From: Moniliella sp. 'wahieum' | Lineage: Eukaryota | Assembly: GCA_003971905.1 (NCBI GenBank) | Contig: RSEE01000019.1 | Span: 496,001-560,000 of the forward strand | DNA length: 64,000 bases | Reading direction: 5' to 3' | Part shown: positions 55,595 to 64,000 of the stretch, one piece after another | Numbering within the stretch: position 1 is the stretch's first letter | How the letters are laid out: the number at the start of each line of letters is the position of its first letter | The notes under the pieces: generated by a model | What the model saw: the letters and a program-made list of their open reading frames with translations, nothing else | Database searches by the model: none | Told to the model about the DNA's origin: nothing | Program-made: the position numbers and the translations under genes

Positions 55595-56187
55595 TCAAGA
55601 AATGGGCTTGGTAAGCTTGACTTGGCCGGCCTCGCCGTTTTCGTGAGTAGAATCAAAGTATTCCCATTGGCCCGGAGGTGGGACAACGTCGAGGGGCTCA
55701 TGCCTTGCGCAAACATCAGTGCCAATTCGACCACAAGCACGAGGGGAAATATCACATACGCCTGCCACTCAATCATCTTGGCGGCCAATACAAGCTCCTT
55801 GTTGGCCTGCTTCAGCACTTGCTCTACCAAGCCGGCACCGAGTTGGGTCTCGAATGCCTTGATCGCTTCTTCCTCTCCTCGGGGTGATTTGACCCCCGGC
55901 ACCCTTGATCGGGAGATTGAGCGCGTTGGCGACCAGCTGTGCACGATGTTCTGTGATGGCGGCAACCGACTGACGGTAGACCGAGGTCGCAGGCAGCTTG
56001 GTAAGCAGGCGGCTGGTCTCGGCATACACCTGCGCCAGCTGCTTCAGCGGCGCCGACTGGACAGCGAGGCCAGTAATGTCGGTGCTGAGGCGCAAACGAC
56101 CGGAGGCGGTTGAGGAATGGTCGGGAAGTTCTGCACGAAACTCCACGGGGAGGTGCGGGCGAAGCGCGCAACTGCTGTCCTGAACAT
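55595..56187 (-). CDS. NDUFA5: Mitochondrial complex I accessory subunit NDUFA5 (B13)
   Basis: TDITGLAV...LAQVY...SVYRQSVAAITEHR, FETQLGAGLVEQVLKQANKELVLAAKMIEW, an intron, then EPL...PPPGQWEYF. Confidence 0.9.
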
Positions 56188-57179
56188 GGCGTCGGCGGCG
56201 AGTCGATGGCAGTGGCCGCTGCGGCCAATGCGGCGGTCAACAAGGCGATCGACCAGGCAAATGAGGATGCGGAATTAGTAATGCGGAACACAAGCGCTGT
56301 GCGGCCGCGGCCGCGGGAGGTGGGGGCGGAAGGGGGGGAACCCAACAATCATTGCTGGGGATGGACCGTAGCGGCCGCACCGCCAACCTGTTGGGCGCGC
56401 CGATGCTGTCGTATCCACCCACTGCTCTTGCCCCTGTTGCCGTCGCCATCCGCGCCCCCGCCGGCGCACGCATACATCCCACCCAACCCCCCCCGTCACC
56501 CTCCTTTCCGCTGCCGGCATGACCTTCCGCCCCTCGCCTCGTAGCCGTATCAGGTGGCATGTGCGCCTTCGACCCTCGCTACGCCCAGCTTGCCTCTAGT
56601 CAATTGCATCTCATTCCGGCCATGCAGCCAGCGCGTTCAGCTTGGTCGACCTGGTAGACTGAGCTGTTCTTTCCTTCAACGACCTTAGCCACGCCGTGAC
56701 GCGGTACCGAACATGGGCACCGTTTTTGTTTCTCCTTTGGCACTGACGCACAGATGTCTCTGTGTAATCCCCGCGGTGATCGAGCAATGATCATCGGCTG
56801 CGCGCCCTTTCTTTGGTCTTTATCAACCTTGCTTGCCTGTGTCGAAAATGCTACTACGGATCCATACAGATCTGGAGGAATCCTCGTGTGGGGTGACGTT
56901 GAGAGGATTGGGAGGATTGGGCAGAACAAACTAATACGATTGAGATTGGAAAAGGTGTTCGTGAAATGGTTATAACATGAGCATGCATGTAGTGCAAAAG
57001 GGTAGAGTGTAGGTACATGGGACACGATCATGACTGGCAGCCTTTCCGACTTGGAGGGGAAATGACATGAAACCCTAGGTGGTGGAGCGTGTAGCGTTTC
57101 AGAGAAGAGTGGCGTAGTATGCAAGCCTGCGACATGAGAAGCCAAAAGGGGAGACGGGAGACAAAAGTAAATAATGAAA

Positions 57180-58855
57180 AGGTTACCGCCGGCCTCGTCC
57201 ACGGAAGCGCGGTCGGAAGACAGGACCTCGAACCTTGGTGTCGGTGGGCAGAGGCGGCTCAGGCGCAGCTCTTGGAAAAGGATGCAAGTTGGCATCCGGA
57301 TCATGAATTCGAATCTCGCGGGTGCCAAAGGGTGTGTTTTGCGGGCGGCCGAGAAGTTGGGCCTGCCCAAAGGGAAGCATGGGGAAGTAACTGTGGTCGA
57401 CTGGATCGGTCTTTCTGCATTTCGCGTAGATCTCATCAAGATCTCGTCAACGTTTTCCACTTCGATCCACAGCGCCATCGGACGGGCCGGGGGGCATCCG
57501 AGGGCGTCGCGCCAGGAGCAACACGTAGGAGCCAAAAGAGGTACGGAGCAAGATCTGAACCCCCTCCTCGCCACCGCGGAGGATGGAGCGACCATTCGGG
57601 GTACGGCAGATCATCGCCATGTGCTTCTCGGTTTGGCGACATTGACGAACCCAAGGATTTCGCGGTAAAAGGGGAGGGCGAGCCCAATGTCGGCCACAAA
57701 CAGACAAGGAATCGAACGAAGCATCTTGCCTTGGCGGGCTTGAGACTGGGTCGTCGGTCGCCCGAGTCGGACTCGACTTCGTCGTTGATCACCAAAGGAG
57801 CGCCATTGATCACGTCTACGAACCTCGTCCTGGATCGTTTTTCAGCTCCTCCAGTGTAGGGATTGGGCGCGGGATACCGCGCCGGCCAGTTGACAGGGGC
57901 AACTTGTTGGCGTCCGATACAGTGCGCTTTTTTGCCTTGCCAATCGAGCGAACAGGTCCGCCTGCTCCTCGCCGACAGGGTCAATACTTGCCGAATTCCG
58001 ACCCTGGGAAATCGATTGTCGCTTTGCCCCGCCATACTTGGCGCGCACTGCCGCTGCTTGGCTCCCCGATCCAGCCGCCAGGGCCTGTAGCACCTCGACC
58101 GATGGGCCGGACAAGGGCCATCAGAGGGGATCACCTCCCGCCCATCCTTAGTCGGGATTAGGTCGGCTCAGAGAGTGCCGGCGTTGCATCGACTGTGCCA
58201 ATGGAAGTCAACAGGGGCTCGGAGGAACGGCACTAGTGCTGGCTTGGGCAGCAGCTCTTGTAGCAGCCGCCGAGGAAAGGGGGGTAGGAGCCGAGGCGGC
58301 TAAGGCTGGGGATAGTGCCCCGGCCACAGGAGGTGAACGCAACAAGTATGGAGATAGCCCAATACGGCCCATAGCAGGGTCGAGTTTGGGCTGAGTCCAG
58401 TGCGGCGAGAGCAATGGGGATGTCCAGAGGCTTGCGCGCTGGCTGAAACGGGGGAAGGCCAGATTAGGCATGTGCGTCAGTGCCGCCGGGTCCAGCGGAG
58501 GGAGGCGGTCCAAGTCATCCATCTCCACGTCGGTGGATGGGTCTTCGGCATCACTGGTGTGGGGATGGACGAGGCGGGCACCCGACCACAGTTGGAGCAG
58601 CGGAGGGGAGGACGCCGGGGACGACGCTGGACGAGGACGCAGCGGGGGGTGGAGGCGAAGTAGAGGCAGAAGGTTTGTTCGAGCTAAGGAGGACAAGGGC
58701 GCCGGCAGGTGTCATGGGCCCCAGGCTATCGGTGGGGAGGGGGCGGATGCGAGGAGGGAGCCATGGCTGCTGGCGGTGGTTTCGCTGGCTTGGGCAAGAC
58801 TCTGCTGACTGAAGGTGGGGGAAGCGGCTGACTAGGACTCGTCGAAGTGGGCCAT
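57180..58855 (-). CDS. Hypothetical Pro/Ser-rich protein; boundaries uncertain
   Basis: ATG at 58855 follows a CT-rich leader. Collinear protein-like segments include DAEDPSTDVEMDDLD, SIDPVGEEQADLFARL and LWIEVENVDEILMRS. Family not recognised. Confidence 0.5.
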
Positions 58856-59020
58856 GGAAGCGGGAGGGGGAGGGGACGAGAGGGGAGAGGATAGAAGGAG
58901 AGAGGAGGGAGGCGTGTGGGGGCTACGCGAGAGAGAAGTGACTGGTGGGGGAGGAATAGAGGGGGAGGGGCGGGGAGATGTGGTGGGCGGAGAGAGATGG
59001 GCTGACATTGGCATTTACAC

Positions 59021-59049
59021 GGGTGAGTACTAAGCTGAAGTACTCACCC
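59021..59049. repeat. Perfect inverted repeat with 11-bp arms and a 7-nt spacer
   Basis: GGGTGAGTACT-AAGCTGA-AGTACTCACCC. Confidence 0.85.
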
Positions 59050-60292
59050 ATTTTGGAGGTTATGCGTACCTGAGCAGTGCTTCCGCACTACTGAGCACGT
59101 CGTACTTAAACAGTACTTGCCGGCCACCAGGCCAGGCACCTCAACGCAGCACACGCCACACTGCTGAGATGCGTCGGCTGCTGCCAGCTGCTGCCGTGCC
59201 CAGCGGTGTTTGCGCCGCTCGACGCAGCCACATTGCCCCCGTGCAGCTGGCACGCCCGGAGATAATGCTAAGGACGCGTACTGATACTGCCGCCCTGCCT
59301 GTACCCACGTGCGCACACCGCCAAATGAGACTGCGCCCACGTGCTGAGCTAGGTGGTTACCGGTGATGTTGCGGTGAGCAGGCACACAACATGTACGTAC
59401 GCAATGCTGACGCGTACACACCCCCGCCCGCCAGTGCTATCCTCATGAGCTTGACTGTCAAGCGTCAGAAGAAAGTTGATCTGACTCAGCCCAGACTCTC
59501 TCGATTGCCCCCTTGTCCTCCACCAATATCATCCCGACAACGCCGACGAAGGGAAAACGAGCAGAGCAAGCATGATGGGCACTCAAGTGCACATCCTTCG
59601 TATCCGCTCGTCTCTACCCGCCCACCACCCGCCACCGCCCGCCCCCACCGCCCAAAGACGATAGAATGTCCGCAGGATTCAAGCCATCCGAGGCGATATT
59701 CCCCCACAATCGTGACTACGTTGTGCGCGAGCCACATGCACCAACGGCTACACTGGATATTCCCCACGCAATCTGTAACCGGCCCAAACATTTCTCTCCC
59801 TTCCGCACTCCACATTCTTCGGATCATCGATTCGATCAGGCAGCAACGAGTGCAAGCCCCATTGTGTGAATTCGGATTGATATTGATGCCATCTGACGAA
59901 TCTGATGGGGCAGAACTACCGTTAAAACAGAGGCTGCAATGAACTAGTTAATAGACAGCGCGCATCCCACACGCGATGAAGCTCGCAACTGTGGCACTCA
60001 CACCTATACCGCCGCGCTGTCCACAATGAGGCTGGGCGTACAAGGCGCAGAAACAGAACGATGTGAAATGGAGATCAGGAAATGGGGTAGGCAGTAGAAG
60101 GGTTAGACCCTCGATATTTTTTTCGTCAGACAGGCATACGATGCCCTCCGTTCAAATAGCGTTCAACCGCAAGGAGCCATAGATGTACGACGTGCCAAAA
60201 ACCTGGCACATGACCAAACCATCAGCTGCAGCGGGGCGCATGCCCCACCGGGAGCATCAGAGTCCCACAAGAAGAGCGGCGGTTGAAACCGC

Positions 60293-61407
60293 TTAGGGAG
60301 CATGAAGGAACTCGAGGAACTTGGGGTTGAGCGCCAACTTGGCCGGCTTGGCAGCCGGCTTGTAGGTTCCAGCGGCCTTGGCAGCGCGGATCTCAGCCTC
60401 AATCTTACGCTGCACCTTAGCGTAGGGGTTGAGGCGGTCCATGACGAACTTGTTGCGCAGCGGGTTCTTCTTCTGGGTAAAGGGACGCTTGGTCGCCTTG
60501 GGGCCAGCGGGACGGAGCACGGCCTGGATCTCCTCCGACGCGAGCAGCGCGACACATCCGTGTTGGTGATCTTAGCGGGGAAGGACGAAGCCCTTCTTCT
60601 GCGCCGAGGCAGCATCGTACGTGCCAAAGATGGAGTCGAGCTGCTTGAAGGCAGCCTCGGTCCAGATCACAAAGCGGCCAAGGTGGCCACCGGGCGCGAG
60701 CTGGAGGAGGTTAAGGCGGTGAACCGACACGAGCTCCACACCGGGCAGGTTGCGGAAGGCGCGGTAAATGCCCTTGTCCTCGTTGTACACAACGAGGGGG
60801 CCGCGGCGCTGCACGTGACGACGGTTGCGCAGCTTGCCCTGGCCAGCGCGGATCTTGCGCGAGTTGGACACCTTGAGACATCGTCGTAGGCGTTGAGCGC
60901 CTTGAGGAGGGCAACCGCCTCCTTGGTCTTCGAGTAGGACTCGACCTCGGTGGGGACAACGAGGGGACCTCGGCAACCTGCTCAACGCGGTGGCCGCGGG
61001 CGAGAACGAGGGACGGGACGGCGGTCGCAGCCAGAGCCGAAGCAGTCGCAACACGCTTCTGGTTCTGGTTGGTCTTCACCCCAGCGGCGCCACACCTTGG
61101 TAGGCGCAAACATGTGACCACCACGGTCATGTTACCAAACGGGCCTGGCCAGCACGGTGCGTGCCCGAGCCACCCACACGGGGAATCCGGGCCAGAGCAC
61201 GACCCGTCCCCACGACTCGGCTGAAGTCTGGTGCCCAGCCTTGGTGGAAACACCGTAAGGCTGGCGCTTGTTCTTGGCCACCTGGGTGTAAGTAATCTGC
61301 ACGACGTCCGAGCGAATCGGAGCGGTGAGGACAGCGGGCAGAGGCAGGCTCGCACCGCTGGCGCTGCCGTCGGCAGCGCGCACACTGACAGTCGCACGCG
61401 AGGCCAT
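60293..61407 (-). CDS. RPL4: 60S ribosomal protein L4 (uL4)
   Basis: [66 protein letters not shown] and KKNPLRN. Confidence 0.99.
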
Positions 61408-64000
61408 TCCTTCGAGTCTTTCTGGGGATGATGGGGAAGCGGAAAGTAAGTACCACTGATTAGGGCAACCACGCGTGCCACGAGTTACTCACCGAGTACC
61501 GACGGTGCTGGGTAGGAAGCCCAAGGCAATGGGTAGGCCAAAGGAGAACCAGGAGTGATGCCACACGGCGCCGTGCAGGACCAGCGTATGCGGACAACAA
61601 CAGACTGGCCGCCTGAGGCTGCGGGTGTTTATTGCGCCTTACAACCCTATCCTGATTAGGTCACGTGATCGGGGAGTGCGTTGTGCCAGTATGTGCTGTC
61701 TAATTTAATTTCACGCACATTGGCCGCGTTCACCGGTCACCGGTCACCCACAGCATACAGCAACACGTCAAAATCACAATCGGCCAGGCGCACGAAAAGA
61801 GCAACTAAAATAGCGAACGCACTGGACACTTGACGTATGGTGGTTATCAACATCATCAGCCTTGCTACTTCAGAATGCTCGCAGAGGCCTCTGGCTCTTG
61901 AGTGTCATTTCGTCTTGGTGATGTGGTGTGATATATAGCCTTGTTTTCATTTTGGAAGGGTTATTATATATGCCCACTTTAAGTATTTTCCCGGTACGCT
62001 CCGCAGTAGCATATTGCAATGCCTCCGCACACGAGAGGAAACAACCTGTACATCAGATTCTGCCTGGCTGTGTCCGACACACACTCTCCGCCGTCCGACG
62101 TTGACAAAAACCGGTATATGTACGTTTTTTGGAAAGAGTTTTAGGGCTCTTCTGATGGAAGGAAAACCCTCCGTCCGGAAAACCAGCTGCACCGTCACTT
62201 CAGGATGGACACCAATCGATGATGGAGGAGCGGTACCAGCCTCCCATTCGATATACGTGAAAAGTTTTGTGGGCCTCTATGCTTGGAAACGCCATCGGAT
62301 GAGTGGCAAGGCAATATGGGGGAAGGGCGCACTGCGACTGACCATGCAGCTTCAATGCGCTTATTCGCATTGTGAGACCATTGCGGTATCTGAAGCTGTC
62401 GCATGTCAAGTGAGATATGAGAGGCCAGCGAGTACACTTGTCCCAAAAGCACCACACATAGGAGACTACTATGCCGGTGAAGAGCTGTTCAATTTTGTGG
62501 AGGGGGTATTGGTCCAACTTCAATAACCTATCATTCAACCTTCGACCTCCTGACAAAAGTGAATGCAAGCAACAGCTATACACCGGCAGCACTTAGTGTG
62601 CAGTGTGTTGTATGTTCATACACCATTTACAGAGAAGGAGCCTAAGCCAAGTTGGAAAAAGAAACGCTGCACTTATGAACTCGGCTCGCTTATCCACCGA
62701 GAAGGTGCTGCTCGCTCGTGTTGACAACTAACAAGTAGGAGACGAGCAGAGTTGTCAGCAAGTCGGAGGGCCCTCTCTGTGGTTCCCGACATTCGCTTCC
62801 GAAGGAATGTGGTGTGAGTGGATACAAATGAGCACAGCAGACACATGTGATGAGGGAATGAATCATTTTGATCCATTTTGAGACTGCTTTCCTCAGAGCA
62901 ACTATAGTAGTAAAGAGTCTCCAGTGCTGTCAACATCTTTTGTTAACCGTCGTCTCGTGGTGGTATAATCCCCCCGCGTGCCAGCATGACCAAGGAGGAA
63001 GGATGGCTCTTGAGTGCGTCCGTTTGGTGCTTGGCGTTCTCCAAGAGCCCATGCAGCTGCTTCTCCTGGCTCTGGCTTCTTGTGTATACCATGTTGCAAG
63101 ATTAATCGTCATAGCTCAGCACATGAAGCACGATAAGCGCTAAGCGTGCTGCACTACGTGTTGCATGATGGTCAAGCAAGCCATTAAGCTTGAAGCTTGA
63201 AGATGCATGTTGCTCGAGCAAAAAGTAGACTCTACTGGTCGTCCTTGGTTGGTGCTGGGTATTGCGACTGATGTGTCTTGCATAGGCCAGTGGCGGGGCG
63301 AGCAGAGCTGCGACCACGCAGGCAGGGTCTTTCAAGTGTCGTTGCCGTATCGCCAGCGCAGCCAGGCCCAGCACTGGCCCAGCCCCCTTGTCCAGCATTG
63401 GCCTTGAAGCTTGACATACGTGACATGTCAAGGTGCTTGCGATGCCTGAAGCTTGAAGAGCGACGAGGTGCCTCCGGACAACATGCAGCTGCCCCATGCG
63501 TCAATTCCCGGTGGCGGCAAGATATGGGATTCCCCACACAGGGGTGGCGCCTGCGGGTAGCCGAAGCAGGCGCGTGGCCAGTGTGTTGCGCTGGTGCCCT
63601 GCGGTGCCCCCTTTGGGCCTGGGATTGGCGTGACGCGTGATGCGTGGCCGCGTGACCGGGTGACCCCACCGAGACTGCATGCCAGATGCGCCGCATTTCC
63701 GCGGCTCGCATGGCAAGCGAAGGCTGCGGAGGTGGGGGCAGCAGCGCCGCATCCCCCCCTGCGCCGCACCCGCCCTGCTCCCTCTGCATCCCCAGCAGCC
63801 CCGCTCGGCCAGCGACCATCGACCATCGCCTGCCCAGCGCCAAGTGCTGCGACTTCCTTCCGCCGACCTATACCCCCCCGTGTCTTGTGTCGGTCATCCC
63901 ATAGCCTCCTCTCGCATGAGCTTGCCGTCTCCTCCGCCAGCGCTCCCGCGCTCCCCCCGCCCCGCACGTACTCACGCCAGGTGTTGCTTGGTGCCGTTCC

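Noticed and set aside
56519..56656. Tiny spliced ORF divergent from NDUFA5
   Set aside because: Weak donor site, product of about 30 aa, and no supporting motif.
61800..63200. Degenerate transposon relic upstream of RPL4
   Set aside because: It looks lower in GC and has a 170-codon ORF, but no RT, integrase or transposase motif and no terminal repeats are visible.

Overview
This is eukaryotic, fungal DNA: GC-rich, compact, with few short GT-AG introns carrying CTRAC branch points. The gene content and intron poverty fit a basidiomycete of the Ustilaginomycotina type (inference). Nearly every gene is broken by small indels, including UBC4, GAPDH and RPL4, which points to an unpolished assembly rather than pseudogenes, so gene boundaries are approximate. 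Recognisable genes are a SEC7 ARF-GEF, an AreA/Nit2-type GATA factor, a DszA/NtaA-family monooxygenase, a 2OG-Fe(II) oxygenase, a WW-domain protein, exocyst SEC5, UBC4, a secreted histidine phosphatase/phytase, phosphoglucomutase, an intron-containing tRNA-Val(CAC), an ArAE/FUSC-type membrane protein, RRP15, VPS4, a secreted GMC oxidoreductase, an expansin-like DPBB protein, succinyl-CoA ligase beta, GAPDH, complex I NDUFA5 and RPL4, plus some orphan ORFs. The most unusual signal is non-coding. Intergenic DNA across the window carries tandem duplications of 7-bp interrupted palindromes centred on T-N-A, such as GTTCAAC, TGTGACA, CGTGACG, GGTCACC, CCTCAGG, CTTGAAG, GCTAAGC, ACTGAGT and GTTAAAC. 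Their symmetry and spacing are conserved while their sequence is not.
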